Shown: in pieces, positions 9,324 through 19,686 of the stretch
How the letters are laid out: every line of letters begins with the position of its first letter
How positions within the stretch are numbered: the stretch's first letter is position 1
Assembly (NCBI GenBank): GCA_035416665.1
Contig: DAOLNQ010000003.1
Span: forward strand, 7,475-71,474
Source of the DNA: Candidatus Saccharicenans sp.
GTDB lineage: Bacteria; Acidobacteriota; Aminicenantia; Aminicenantales; Saccharicenantaceae
Direction: 5' to 3'
Length of the DNA stretch: 64,000 bases
Program-made: the position numbers and the translations under genes
Notes under the pieces: generated by a model
Seen by the model: only the letters and a program-made list of their open reading frames with translations
What the model was told of the DNA's origin: nothing
Databases searched by the model: none

Positions 9324-10598
9324 ATGAATCTATTATTAGCTTTTGTTCTGGGAACTGCTTTCGGTGCGATTCTTGTCCTTATTATTAATTATTTCTATCA
9401 AAAGAGGAATAAAGCTCTGGCTCAGCAGCTCGTTTCTCAGGCCCAGGCGGAAAAAACACAGGAACTGGAGATATTGCTTAACAGGGTGCGTGACTCTTTT
9501 GGCCTTCTTTCTATGGAGGCCCTCAAAAAAAATACTGACGAGTTTTTAAAACTGGCCAATGAAAAATTCAATGGTCAGGCAGAGCTGGGCAAAAAAGAAC
9601 TAGAAGGAAAGAAGGAGCTGATTGACCAGACGCTCGAAGGAATTAAAGCTGACCTGATGAATTTCCGGAATTCAATAACTAAATTTGAGAACGAGCGGGC
9701 AACTCAATTTGGTCAACTCGACAATCAGCTGCGGCAGGCCCTGGAACAAACTAGCCGCCTCCAGGAAACTACCAATCAACTGCGGCAGGCCCTGTCTAAT
9801 ACCCGGGCCCGCGGTCAATGGGGCGAAAGAATGGCTGAAGATATCCTGCGGCTGATGGGTTTTGTTGAAGGGCTGAATTATCAGAAACAGGCCACAAGTG
9901 ACAGCGGCGAGTCACGCCCCGATTATACCTTTTTCCTGCCTCAAGGACGGAAGATAAATATGGATGTGAAATTCCCCCTGGATAATTATCTCCATTACCA
10001 GGAAGCCTCCAATGATCGGGAAAAAGAAGATTATAAGCAGCGGTTTCTGAAAGATGCCAGGGCCAGAATAAAAGAGGTGACCACTCGCAATTATATCGAT
10101 CTCGAAAACAACACTCTCGATTATGTCCTGATTTTTATTCCCAATGAGCAGGTCTATGCCTTTATTAATGAAAGTGACCCGGCCCTGCTGGATGAGGCTC
10201 TGAAGAAAAAAGTCATTCTCTGCTCTCCAATTACTCTCTATGCAGTTCTGGCCATTATCCGTCAGGCCATGGAGAATTTTAATTTGCAGAATACGGCCGG
10301 CCAGATTTTAAACCTGCTGGAGTCCTTTTATAAGCAGTGGCAGGCCTTTGTCAAATCTTTAGAAAGAGTAGGCAAAAAAATCGATGAAGCCCAGGCCGAG
10401 TTTCAGATCCTGAATTCAACCCGCAGAAATCAACTGGAGAAACCCCTGCGCCGGATCGAAATCATCAAAAAACAGGTCCAGCCAGAAGGGCTGGAAGCCG
10501 GCGTGATCGAGGCCGAAGCTGAGCTGCTGGAAAATGTGGAAAATGAAGAAAAGGACGAGAGGGAAGACTCAGCAGCGCTCAAAGCTGAGGAAGATTGA
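9324..10598 (+). CDS. rmuC: DNA recombination protein RmuC
   Basis: An N-terminal TM helix is followed by a long coiled coil and the conserved RmuC C-terminal domain (RPDYTFFLPQGRKINMDVKFPLDNY, VLIFIPNEQVY). The ATG at 9324 is preferred because it follows an AAGGGAG RBS; the ORF is open from 9291. Confidence 0.8.
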   Translation: MNLLLAFVLGTAFGAILVLIINYFYQKRNKALAQQLVSQAQAEKTQELEILLNRVRDSFGLLSMEALKKNTDEFLKLANEKFNGQAELGKKELEGKKELIDQTLEGIKADLMNFRNSITKFENERATQFGQLDNQLRQALEQTSRLQETTNQLRQALSNTRARGQWGERMAEDILRLMGFVEGLNYQKQATSDSGESRPDYTFFLPQGRKINMDVKFPLDNYLHYQEASNDREKEDYKQRFLKDARARIKEVTTRNYIDLENNTLDYVLIFIPNEQVYAFINESDPALLDEALKKKVILCSPITLYAVLAIIRQAMENFNLQNTAGQILNLLESFYKQWQAFVKSLERVGKKIDEAQAEFQILNSTRRNQLEKPLRRIEIIKKQVQPEGLEAGVIEAEAELLENVENEEKDEREDSAALKAEED

Positions 10599-10742
10599 TA
10601 TTCTCTGGCCAGAAATCGAGGGCGAGGTCAGAATTTCCTGTTTTAACAAACAGCGAAGGAAGATAAGGCTGACCCTTCATTTTATTAAAAAGGCTCCGAT
10701 CGTAATTTACTCTCCGGGTCTGGCTTGGTGATAATAAAAAAT

Positions 10743-12131
10743 TCAGAGAGACTCTGGCTGATTTTCTTCAGCTTTTGGCTGTTTTAGAATTAACATGGCG
10801 GCTGCGGCCAGCAGACAGAGCACACCGGCTATTATAAAAGCCTGGGAGTAATCGCCGACCACCAGGGTTTTAACCAGTTCTCCCTGGCCCGAATGAAACT
10901 CTCTGACTTTAACAATAGCTGAGGTCTTCATCAGGCGGGCGGCAAGATAAGGACCGAGCAGGCCACCTGCTCCGTAGGCACTAAACATCCAGCCATAGTT
11001 GGCACCATAGTGCTCCAGACCAAAAAAATCAGCAGTAATGGCCGGTAAGACAGCCAGTAGCCCTCCGAAGCTCAGCCCGATAATTGAAATGCCTGTTAAA
11101 AAAGATGAAAAGGCCTGCATCTGAGGCAAAAGCAGAAGGCACAGGCCTTCCATAAAAAATATGGCCAGCATAGCCGGACGCCGCCCGGCCATGTCCGATA
11201 TTTTTCCCCAGATAATTCTTCCCAGAGAATTGAAAATGGCCAGGATGGAGACGGCCAGGGCGCCGGCAGAAGCAATACTTTCCAGGCTGATGTTCCCGAC
11301 TCCATCCTTTAAGCTGGATAAAGCCAGTGATTGCCAGATGGGCGAAGCTTTCATAATGATCATCAAACCACTGCCGCAGCCAACTAAAAAGGCCAACCAG
11401 AGAAGCCAGAATTGCCAGGTGCGAAACATCTGAGCAGGACTGTAATTGACTTTAGAAGGACCGGCAACGGTCATTTCTTTCGGTGGGTTCCAGCCAGGTG
11501 GCCGGTAACCTGGTTCCGGATTTTTTAATAAGAAAGCACCGCCAACGACAGTAATAAGGAAAATAAGGCCAAAAATCAGGAAAGTATTAAACAATCCAGC
11601 TGCAGGCAGAGGAAAGAGGTTTTTTCCAAAAAGCTGATAGTAATCACCGGCGATTAACCCCTTAGCTAGAGGTGCAAAAAAGAAAGCCCCAGCTCCAAAA
11701 CCGGCTACAGCCAGACCGGTAATCAGGCCTCTTTTGTCCGGAAACCATTTAACGCAGGTGGCGATCGGGCAAACATAAGCTGCACCGATACCGAGACCGC
11801 CAATAACTGAATAGGTCACTATCAACCAGGAGAGGGCCTTATCGGGCGGAAAATGGGAGGTCAGACTGGCCAGCATTAAACCGGCAGCCAGCATCAACCC
11901 GCCAGCTATAGCCACCGGCCGTGGTCCAGCCTTATCCTGAATGCGTCCGGCAATAATAACGGCCAGAGCGAAGCAGGCCAGAATAATTTGAGCCGGCAAA
12001 GTTACTTGGCTTTCAGTCCAGGCTGGAAAATAAGTCTGCAGCGGGGTTTGAAAAACGCTCCAGATATAAACAGCTCCCAGGCTGACCTGAATAATAATAG
12101 CTCCAATTACAACCAACCACCTGCTCTTCAT
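10743..12131 (-). CDS. MFS transporter (oxalate/formate antiporter-like family)
   Basis: 462 aa with 12 predicted TM helices, an MFS signature loop (GRIQDKAGPRP) and a large central loop. Confidence 0.75.
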   Translation of the reverse strand: MKSRWLVVIGAIIIQVSLGAVYIWSVFQTPLQTYFPAWTESQVTLPAQIILACFALAVIIAGRIQDKAGPRPVAIAGGLMLAAGLMLASLTSHFPPDKALSWLIVTYSVIGGLGIGAAYVCPIATCVKWFPDKRGLITGLAVAGFGAGAFFFAPLAKGLIAGDYYQLFGKNLFPLPAAGLFNTFLIFGLIFLITVVGGAFLLKNPEPGYRPPGWNPPKEMTVAGPSKVNYSPAQMFRTWQFWLLWLAFLVGCGSGLMIIMKASPIWQSLALSSLKDGVGNISLESIASAGALAVSILAIFNSLGRIIWGKISDMAGRRPAMLAIFFMEGLCLLLLPQMQAFSSFLTGISIIGLSFGGLLAVLPAITADFFGLEHYGANYGWMFSAYGAGGLLGPYLAARLMKTSAIVKVREFHSGQGELVKTLVVGDYSQAFIIAGVLCLLAAAAMLILKQPKAEENQPESL

Positions 12132-12191
12132 CAGTCACCTCAACTCATTTAAATCTTAGATTATCAGAATAAAACGAATGTATTCAACAAT

Positions 12192-12866
12192 CTACTGACG
12201 CGGCCCAAAAATTCTGGTTCCCAGGCGGATTCTGGTCGCTCCCTCCTCTATAGCTACCCGGTAGGAATTGGTCATACCCATGGACAGAATGTGGAAATCG
12301 GCTCCAGGCAGGTTGAGTTGCTGGAGATAATCAAATAGCTGCCTCGTCAGGCGAAAATAGGGTCTGGCTTCTTCCGGGTCACCTTCAGCTGGACCCATAG
12401 TCATTAGCCCTGAGAGCTTCAGGTTAGACAGCCCGGCCATCGATCGGGCCAGCTCTTCTGCTTTTTCCGGGAAGACCCCAAACTTTTGAGATTCACGTCC
12501 CGAGTTTACCTCAAGCAGGACGGGCATGACCTTACCTCTGGCGGCAGCTCTTCTGTTGATTTCTTCGGCCAGTTCAACTGAATCCACCGTCTCTATTATG
12601 TCAAAAATCTCTACCGCCCTTTTTATCTTGTTTTTCTGAAGATGACCGATAAAAGACCAGCTGACCCGCTGGCCGATGACCTGGTAAGCAGCCAGCGCCT
12701 CCTGGACATAATTTTCACCGATAATCTTTACTCCTGCCTCAATAGCAGCCATAATTTTTTCTGGTGTCTGTTGTTTGGCTGCAGCCACCAGCTCGACCGA
12801 AGGCGGGAGCTCCTGCAAAATAGCCCTGACATTCTGACGAATATATTCCAGGTTGTCAGTCACCAT
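12192..12866 (-). CDS. yggS: YggS-family pyridoxal-phosphate homeostasis protein
   Basis: 224 aa with an alanine-racemase-N-like fold. The conserved PLP-Lys region is (AAKQQTPEKIMAAIEAGVKIIGENYVQE), and HxIGxLQxNK is present. Confidence 0.8.
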   Translation of the reverse strand: MVTDNLEYIRQNVRAILQELPPSVELVAAAKQQTPEKIMAAIEAGVKIIGENYVQEALAAYQVIGQRVSWSFIGHLQKNKIKRAVEIFDIIETVDSVELAEEINRRAAARGKVMPVLLEVNSGRESQKFGVFPEKAEELARSMAGLSNLKLSGLMTMGPAEGDPEEARPYFRLTRQLFDYLQQLNLPGADFHILSMGMTNSYRVAIEEGATRIRLGTRIFGPRQ

Positions 12867-13099
12867 TGCTTAATTGGCCTAGACCGATATTACTTTGAGA
12901 CCAAATATTATACTTAAAGCTTTTATTTCACTCAACTTCTTTTATTCAGACTTTAGCCTTTATTTAAATAAATAATAACTATTAGAAATTTTAATTCCCA
13001 ATATGGCTATTTGATTTGCTTAGAGTCATAGCGCCTTTTTGTTAATAGAACAGACGCCCCGAGTTTCATTCAGAACAGGTTGATTTTTTAGGGCTAACC

Positions 13100-13128
13100 T
13101 TGACGTTAATGTTAATCAAGTGTAAAAT
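13100..13128 (+). promoter_or_regulatory. sigma70-like promoter upstream of merR-family gene
   Basis: TTGACG (13100-13105), a 17-nt spacer, then TAAAAT (13123-13128), about 20 nt upstream of the ATG at 13150. The AT-rich spacer contains the short repeat ttaatgttaat. Confidence 0.4.
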
Positions 13129-13149
13129 CCATAAAACAATGGAATTGCC

Positions 13150-13572
13150 ATGAGTGATAAACTTTATAAAATCGAGCAGGTTTCTAATATTACTGGCCTG
13201 ACTAAAAGGGCCATCAGATATTATGAGGATCTAAACCTCATTTGTCCGCAGAGGACCGAATCTGCCTATCGGCTTTATACTGAGGAAGATATAGAAAAAA
13301 TTAAAAGCATTGTCTCTCTGAAGCAAGCGCTGGCTTTTAGCCTGGCCGAGATCAAGCAAGCTCTGGAATTAGATCAAGAAGTAGAAAATATTCTTTCCGC
13401 GGAGACAGCCAGCCCGGCTACCATCAATAGTTATATCGAAATGATCAGGGGGCAGATTAAATTAATTGAGGAAAAAGTCAGTCAGCTGCTGGCCACCAGA
13501 AAAAAATTTGAGGATCTGCTGATGCGGTTGAGCAGCCTGGGAGAGAAGGTTAGAAAGGAAGAACTTGGATGA
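13150..13572 (+). CDS. MerR-family transcriptional regulator
   Basis: The N-terminal HTH (YKIEQVSNITGLTKRAIRYYEDLNL) is typical of MerR, and the C-terminus is a coiled coil. The stop overlaps (ATGA) the start of the downstream MFS efflux gene. Confidence 0.8.
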   Translation: MSDKLYKIEQVSNITGLTKRAIRYYEDLNLICPQRTESAYRLYTEEDIEKIKSIVSLKQALAFSLAEIKQALELDQEVENILSAETASPATINSYIEMIRGQIKLIEEKVSQLLATRKKFEDLLMRLSSLGEKVRKEELG

Positions 13573-15020
13573 AAAAGATTGAATATAAATGGATTGCTTT
13601 ATCCTGCACAACACTCGGGGCACTTTTTTCTGTTTTAAGTGGCAGTATGCTGATGATTTCTCTGCCCGATATTATGAAAAGCTTGAATACCAGCTTTTCT
13701 ATTATTATGTGGATAGTCATGGGCTATATGCTTTGTCTGACTATACTTGTGCCTTCCATCGGCCGAGTAGCTGATATGTTTGGTCGGAAAAAGCTATATG
13801 TCTCTGGCTTTGCTCTTTTCACACTGACCTCGCTTTTATGTGGAATGTCCAAAACCGGTGAGCAGCTTTTAATTTTCAGATTAATACAATCAGTAGGCGG
13901 TTCGCTGATGATTGCCAATAGCACGGCTATTGTGACTGATGCTTTCCCCAAGAACGAGCTGGGCAAAGCTCTGGGCATTAACAGTATGGTCATCAGCATC
14001 GCCTCTGTTATTGGTCCAATTCTGGGTGGTTTTCTTTCTCATCTGGGCTGGCGCTATATATTTTATGTCAATGTACCGGTTGGAATTGTGGGCACCATCT
14101 GGGCGGCTATTCAGCTAAAAGAACTGGCTAAGATACCACGCGGTCAAAAATTTGACTGGGCAGGAACTCTTTTGTTTACGTCTGGCTTGCTGCTTTTTCT
14201 GGTAGCTTTATCATTCGGCGGCTTTTCTGGTTGGACCAGCCTGCGGGTTATTCTGCTATTTGCCATTTCTGTCCTTATTATGGTGGCTTTCGTTTATGTA
14301 GAAAACAATACAGAGCAGCCCATGCTAGATTTAAGATTGTTTAAAACCAGAATCCTGGCTTTTGCTTACAGCAGCATCTTGCTCAACGGTATAGCCAGAG
14401 GTGCAGTTACTTTCCTTCTAATTTTTTACTTTCAGGGTGTTAAAGGTATGGATCCCTTACAGGCCGGAATTTTCCTGACTCCATTTGCAGTGTCGATGAT
14501 GATAGTCTCGCCGATCAGCGGCACGCTCTCCGATAAATACGGGGCCAGGGGGTTAACTTCACTGGGACTCTTAATTTCAGCTTTTGGCCTGCTGGGCTTT
14601 ATCAGTATTTCGCCTCAGACTTCGCTTAGTGAACTGGTCGTCTGGATGATCATTATGGGTATTGGTTCGGGGATGTTTAATTCGCCGAACACCAGCGAAA
14701 TAATGGGTTCGGTGCCCCCGGAAAGGCGGGGAATAGCAGCTGGAACAAGAACCATGATGAACAACGCCGGCCAGGTCATCAGCATTGCTCTGTCCATGGC
14801 CATTGTTTCTTCGAGTATAAATATCCAGTCCATGCAAGATTTGTTTGCAGGTCATCGAGCTGGCTCGGCCAGTCTGGCTGTCAATGAATTTGTTTCTGGA
14901 GCCAGACATGCCTTTTTGATTTCCATGATTATCACCATCATCGCTGCCTTTATTTCTTATCTGAGAGGACCCAAGCCAGAGTGGACTGAAAATCTAAAAG
15001 AAATAAAAGAAGAGGTCTGA
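13569..15020 (+). CDS. MFS transporter, DHA2 (EmrB/QacA-like) multidrug efflux family
   Basis: 483 aa with 14 TM helices and MFS motif A (GRVADMFGRKKLY). It is translationally coupled to the MerR regulator gene. Confidence 0.8.
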   Translation: MKKIEYKWIALSCTTLGALFSVLSGSMLMISLPDIMKSLNTSFSIIMWIVMGYMLCLTILVPSIGRVADMFGRKKLYVSGFALFTLTSLLCGMSKTGEQLLIFRLIQSVGGSLMIANSTAIVTDAFPKNELGKALGINSMVISIASVIGPILGGFLSHLGWRYIFYVNVPVGIVGTIWAAIQLKELAKIPRGQKFDWAGTLLFTSGLLLFLVALSFGGFSGWTSLRVILLFAISVLIMVAFVYVENNTEQPMLDLRLFKTRILAFAYSSILLNGIARGAVTFLLIFYFQGVKGMDPLQAGIFLTPFAVSMMIVSPISGTLSDKYGARGLTSLGLLISAFGLLGFISISPQTSLSELVVWMIIMGIGSGMFNSPNTSEIMGSVPPERRGIAAGTRTMMNNAGQVISIALSMAIVSSSINIQSMQDLFAGHRAGSASLAVNEFVSGARHAFLISMIITIIAAFISYLRGPKPEWTENLKEIKEEV

Positions 15021-15166
15021 GCTACAGAACTGGAAGGGCATCAAAAATTTTATATTCCCGTCATTAAAACAGACTTCCAAGCAGTGGTGAAAACAGTTGA
15101 GAGAAGGCCTTTGAGCCGACAGATTAACGCTTCAGCAACCAGAACTGCTGGCAAATAAATCCAGAT

Positions 15167-16366
15167 TCAGTCCTTGTTATCTGCCTTTTTGCCCGGTCTG
15201 AGCAAAACCAGTTTTTCCTTTGAGACCAGGTCCTTAACTTTTTTCAGAATATCCGGGCTTAAGGTTTCTTCCAGGATAGCTTTTTCCAGGCTGTTAAGGT
15301 CCAGGCTGCTCAGAGCAGACCACAGGCCAGCTTCTCTTAGAATATCTTCCAGTTTTTGCCTTTCAGCCCGACCTCTGGAGGGAAATCTGATGATATCTTT
15401 CCTGGTCAGGGTCAGAGAATATTGACTGCCATTTATTCTGGCCAGTTCCTGATCATCAGCATATTTAATTATTGCTTCCTTCAGCTTCTCAAGTTGCTCT
15501 TCGGCCTGTTTTTTCTGGTCAAGATAGCTCATATACTTATCAACCAGTACCACTCCTTCTTCTCCCAGATATTCGTTAGCTGCCAGTTTCTGGAGTTTGA
15601 CAGCGTGTTTTTTCAGCGGGCAATAAGACCAGTAACCGCACCAGTCACAGAGCGCGCTTTCCCGCGGCTCGAATTCCCGGTCAGCTTCTATTTTGTCTAT
15701 AAGTTCGGCGATTCTCCTTTTCAGCTCTTCCAGCTGTTCCGGTGTTCTGGTGGAGGAAATTTCCTGGTCAAAAGCAACATGATGCCAGACGAGTTTGAAC
15801 CTTTCTGCCCAGGGCCATTTCTGCTTGATGCCCAGCTGATAGAGAGCTAGCTGGCGATCGGTATCGGCCGCTTCCTGGGGCGGTAACTTTGAGCCCGTTT
15901 TGTAATCGTGGATTTCTATGATGCCTTCTGGCGTCTGGTCAATGCGGTCAGCAAAACCGATTAAACGGTAGCGCCCGTCGCCGTAAAGGTCAATTTCCAG
16001 CTTCTCCTCCAGCCCGAGAATTCTGTTCTGGTTAAAGGGATAATAATGCTGGTAATAGTCCTCTAGAAACTTTAAGCCCAGCCGAAAATAATCTTCTGCT
16101 GTCCGGTCTGGTTCGGTTATCTTTAGTTTCTCCATCTTCTGCTTGAAATTCTTCTGCCAGGTGTCTTCATAATAAGCTTTAAGCTCATCAAGGCTCATCA
16201 GCCGGAAAGGAAGTTCACGATAAAGCTTCTCCATGGCTTCATGGAAGCAGCTGCCGAGAAAAGCTTCGATGCTTTCTTCTTCTGGCGCCAGATGATCAAG
16301 ATAGGAGAATTTATACTTTCTCGGGCAGGTTTCATAAGTTTCCAGTGCCGAATGGGAGTAGGTCAT
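15167..16366 (-). CDS. PD-(D/E)XK nuclease family protein with Cas4/AddB-like Fe-S cluster Cys ligands
   Basis: The N-terminus reads MTYSHSALETYETCPRKYKFSYL. A core IHDYKTG (D/E-x-K) motif is present, and the C-terminus carries CDWCGYWSYCP. Together these give the Cys-x(n)-Cys-x2-Cys-x5-Cys arrangement of RecB-family Fe-S nucleases. The ATG at 16366 follows an AGGAGGG RBS; the ORF is open to 16390. Confidence 0.65.
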   Translation of the reverse strand: MTYSHSALETYETCPRKYKFSYLDHLAPEEESIEAFLGSCFHEAMEKLYRELPFRLMSLDELKAYYEDTWQKNFKQKMEKLKITEPDRTAEDYFRLGLKFLEDYYQHYYPFNQNRILGLEEKLEIDLYGDGRYRLIGFADRIDQTPEGIIEIHDYKTGSKLPPQEAADTDRQLALYQLGIKQKWPWAERFKLVWHHVAFDQEISSTRTPEQLEELKRRIAELIDKIEADREFEPRESALCDWCGYWSYCPLKKHAVKLQKLAANEYLGEEGVVLVDKYMSYLDQKKQAEEQLEKLKEAIIKYADDQELARINGSQYSLTLTRKDIIRFPSRGRAERQKLEDILREAGLWSALSSLDLNSLEKAILEETLSPDILKKVKDLVSKEKLVLLRPGKKADNKD

Positions 16367-16535
16367 ATTTCCCTCCTGTGCTCGCTTCACCTATTACCAG
16401 GATATCAATTCCAGAAATTAATTTACACCTTGATGATAAGCAGAGCCAGCTGAATTTCCTGTAATCTTTTCAATTTTTTCTAGAATTTTTAAGCTACTTT
16501 TTTTAATTTATTATTTTTAATTTGTTCTCCTGCCC

Positions 16536-19457
16536 TTATCTGTTACCGCTGCTGTTTTTGAGCTGTTTCACCCGCTCTTTCAGATGGTCCTTGAGCTTCA
16601 GGTAGGGGACGCCTTTTTCCCACCAGTCAGGAGCTGGCTTATCCAGCAGGAAATGATCAAAAAATTCTTTCATCCTGACTGTATAATCCTTCTGATTGGC
16701 TGGTTTTTGCAGTCCGTGGTTTTCGCCGACATATTCCAGCATGACCACTGGCTTTTTCAGCCGCCGCAGGGTGTTGTAATATTCAATTCCCTGGTTAAAA
16801 TCAACTGCTCCATCTTTATCATTGTGAAGGAGTAAAAGAGGAGTTTTTACCCTTTGGGCGCTAAAGACAGGAGAATTTCTGATATAAGCCTCAGGATTTT
16901 CCCAGTAACCACCGGTGAAGCGGCCCTGGGTACTTTCGAAAATTGCTTGATTGGTCATCCCGGTATTCCAGTAAATAGAACTGTACATGGAAATCATGTT
17001 GGTCAGCGGGGCACCGGCGGCAGCTGCCCGGAAGGCGTCGGTCTGGGTGATAAGAAAGGCTGTTTGATATCCGCCCCAGGAATGACCCTGAAGTCCAACT
17101 CTTTCCCCATCAACCACTCCCGAAGCAATAGCTGCTTCGACGGCCGGCAGAACGCACCAGACTGCTGACTGGCCCGGATCATTGAGGACATAAGTTATAT
17201 CGGGCATCAGAACGGCATATCCCTGGCTGGTGTAATAGGATTTATTGAAACCGTTGGCGGTAGGGAGAAAATAGCGGTTCAGGTTCTGAGACAACCGTTC
17301 GTAAATGTAAACTATAGTTGGGTATTTTTTGCCTTCCTCGTAACCGGCCGGCAGAAACAGAGCAGCCTGAAGTTTTTTACCCTTAGCACTGACATAATCA
17401 ATAAGTCGTACTCCTGAGGACCAGAGAAACTCTTTTTGCTGGGGATTGGCTTCGGTTATTCTGGTGGCATTTTGGAGCAAGGCATCCGCCACATAAAAGT
17501 CGGGAAAATCGCGGTAAGTCTCCCTGGTGAAAAGATAGCGATCAGCCCTTTTAGCTTTCAGCAGCCGGTTGAACTGGGCATCTTCGAAGAATAGAAGTTT
17601 AACTGTTTTTCTGGCGGCTTCAATTCTGGTTAGGCCTTGTTTTTTGTTCCATTCGCCATAGGTCAGAAAGTATTGCGGCTGGCTCAGATCGATGCCCTTT
17701 TCTTCCGGATCAAGGATGAAACGCCGCTGGTAGCGGATTTGATCCTTAACACCATTTCCGGTCAGGTTAAAGCCCTGACGGCCGCGGGCTTCTACCTGCC
17801 AGACATCCCAGCCATCATAGAGAAGGACATAGTGGCTATCTTTTGACCAGCCGAAAGGTATATCGGGAAGTAATTTCACGTTGTAGTCAACATCTTCATC
17901 CGCAAAAGACGCGGGCAGGCCGGCCGTTAAGTTATAACTCTGGCCGGTGGCCAGTTCATAGCTGAAAAAATGTCCATCTTGATAGTAAAGCAAATACCGT
18001 GTGTCGGGAGAAAGACCGAACGACCAGCGATTTTTCTCGAGAGCCAGTTTTCTTTCTCCTGTCTTGAGGTCAACCACATAAATATCCTGATAACTGGCAC
18101 CGGTCAGGCTGAATTCCAGTTCATATGGAGATTGATCGCGACCAATGGCTAGATCAGATTTGCTGCCTAAGACCACCCGGCGTAGATTATCATCAGCCAG
18201 GCGAACAAACTTTTTTTCCAGCGGGCGATAAAGGGACAAATAGCTGAAGGTGGTGTCCTGGACTTCTTCAACCTGTTGCTGGGATTGGAGCCTGGGATCC
18301 TGCCAGTGCCAGAGGATAAGGTCGGGGAGGTCGCTATCATCAATATCATCAGGCTTAGCGGCAGTGGAGACCTCTTTCTCCGCCTGTTCTTTTTTCTCCG
18401 AGGAAGCAGAAGGCGAGGATTTGGCCTTAAGCTGCTTTATGCCGAAAGCCAGGGCCTGATAATCCTCCAGCCAGTAAGGGGTAAAATCCGGGCTAAGGCT
18501 AAAGCCGGCCGGAAACGTATTATCTTTTTCTGGTTCATATTCAATTTTTTGTGGCTGCTTGGATTTTTTTTCAAATTTAAAAGCCAACAAACCATAAAGT
18601 TTGTCCTGGTATCTGTCATCCTGGCGGCCCTTAAGTACTGACAGGGCCTGACCTTTTTCGTCCCACTTCAGGTTTTTGTAGAAGAAATGACCGGAATCAA
18701 GGACCTGAAGTTCATTGCTGGTGAGGTTTTTGAGTATTAAACCATTACCGGCCATATCCCGGGCATCAACCACCAAAGCCAGCCAATCGCCCGAGCGGTT
18801 AAAGGCAAATTCAGAGATGTTGCCCAGGCTCATCTCCTGACTTGAGTGGAGATTTTTTAAAACCAGGTCTGAACCTGCCCATCTGTCCTTATCTTTTTCC
18901 TGGCTTTCTGGAGCCAGACGATGAACAGCGAGATAAGTCGAACTTTCTCCGGAAAAAGCGATTTTCCGCACGCCCGGCCAGTCTGTTTTCTGACCGGTAG
19001 TTAGCTCCACCAGGGAAGCTTTGGGCTCGATCCTTTTCTTGTCTTTGCGCAGTTTCTTAGTCTCTTCAAAAGAGGGGTAAGAGATGAAAGCCAGCCGACG
19101 GCAGTCATCTGAGATGATAATAAGATCATAGAGATTTCTGGGGGCCTCACCCAGGCTAAATCGGTATTCTCTGCTTCCATCAACCTCTTTGATAACCAGT
19201 TCACTATCTCCCTCATTTGGTGTAAGCGAATAGACAAACCATTTCCCATCGGCTGATATCTGGGCCGAACTGATGCTTCTCCAGGCCAGAATGTCTTTAA
19301 TTTCCAGTGGCTGGGGGGCGAGCGGTTTAACTGCTTCTTGTTTCGGGCTGGCCTGAAGCGATGGGACTAAGCACAGACGGGTGAGTAAAAGAGAAACAAA
19401 CAGGAGGGACAAAACTCTGGCCAGCGGCTGACTCTTAACTTTAATATTTCCAATCAT
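16536..19457 (-). CDS. S9-family serine peptidase (prolyl oligopeptidase / dipeptidyl-peptidase-like) with N-terminal beta-propeller, secreted
   Basis: 973 aa. An N-terminal signal peptide is followed by long beta-propeller regions. The C-terminal alpha/beta-hydrolase domain has the nucleophile motif GHSWGGYQTAF and catalytic Asp/His. Confidence 0.8.
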   Translation of the reverse strand: MIGNIKVKSQPLARVLSLLFVSLLLTRLCLVPSLQASPKQEAVKPLAPQPLEIKDILAWRSISSAQISADGKWFVYSLTPNEGDSELVIKEVDGSREYRFSLGEAPRNLYDLIIISDDCRRLAFISYPSFEETKKLRKDKKRIEPKASLVELTTGQKTDWPGVRKIAFSGESSTYLAVHRLAPESQEKDKDRWAGSDLVLKNLHSSQEMSLGNISEFAFNRSGDWLALVVDARDMAGNGLILKNLTSNELQVLDSGHFFYKNLKWDEKGQALSVLKGRQDDRYQDKLYGLLAFKFEKKSKQPQKIEYEPEKDNTFPAGFSLSPDFTPYWLEDYQALAFGIKQLKAKSSPSASSEKKEQAEKEVSTAAKPDDIDDSDLPDLILWHWQDPRLQSQQQVEEVQDTTFSYLSLYRPLEKKFVRLADDNLRRVVLGSKSDLAIGRDQSPYELEFSLTGASYQDIYVVDLKTGERKLALEKNRWSFGLSPDTRYLLYYQDGHFFSYELATGQSYNLTAGLPASFADEDVDYNVKLLPDIPFGWSKDSHYVLLYDGWDVWQVEARGRQGFNLTGNGVKDQIRYQRRFILDPEEKGIDLSQPQYFLTYGEWNKKQGLTRIEAARKTVKLLFFEDAQFNRLLKAKRADRYLFTRETYRDFPDFYVADALLQNATRITEANPQQKEFLWSSGVRLIDYVSAKGKKLQAALFLPAGYEEGKKYPTIVYIYERLSQNLNRYFLPTANGFNKSYYTSQGYAVLMPDITYVLNDPGQSAVWCVLPAVEAAIASGVVDGERVGLQGHSWGGYQTAFLITQTDAFRAAAAGAPLTNMISMYSSIYWNTGMTNQAIFESTQGRFTGGYWENPEAYIRNSPVFSAQRVKTPLLLLHNDKDGAVDFNQGIEYYNTLRRLKKPVVMLEYVGENHGLQKPANQKDYTVRMKEFFDHFLLDKPAPDWWEKGVPYLKLKDHLKERVKQLKNSSGNR

Positions 19458-19686
19458 CTATTTCTCCTCGATTAAATTTCAGAGTCTGGATAAAATAAAA
19501 AAACTCTTTCCACCATACTACTTTGTTGCCGGAATGGTCAAGGCAGAAAGAAGATGCTCTGGAAGCCGGGTGCCTGGACAGGTAGTGATTTTAGTTTTAA
19601 GATAAGATAAAATTAAAAATAAAACAAAGAAATTTCTATCCATAAAACAGACCGGGGAAAAACAGCCTGGAAATGGAGGCAATAGG

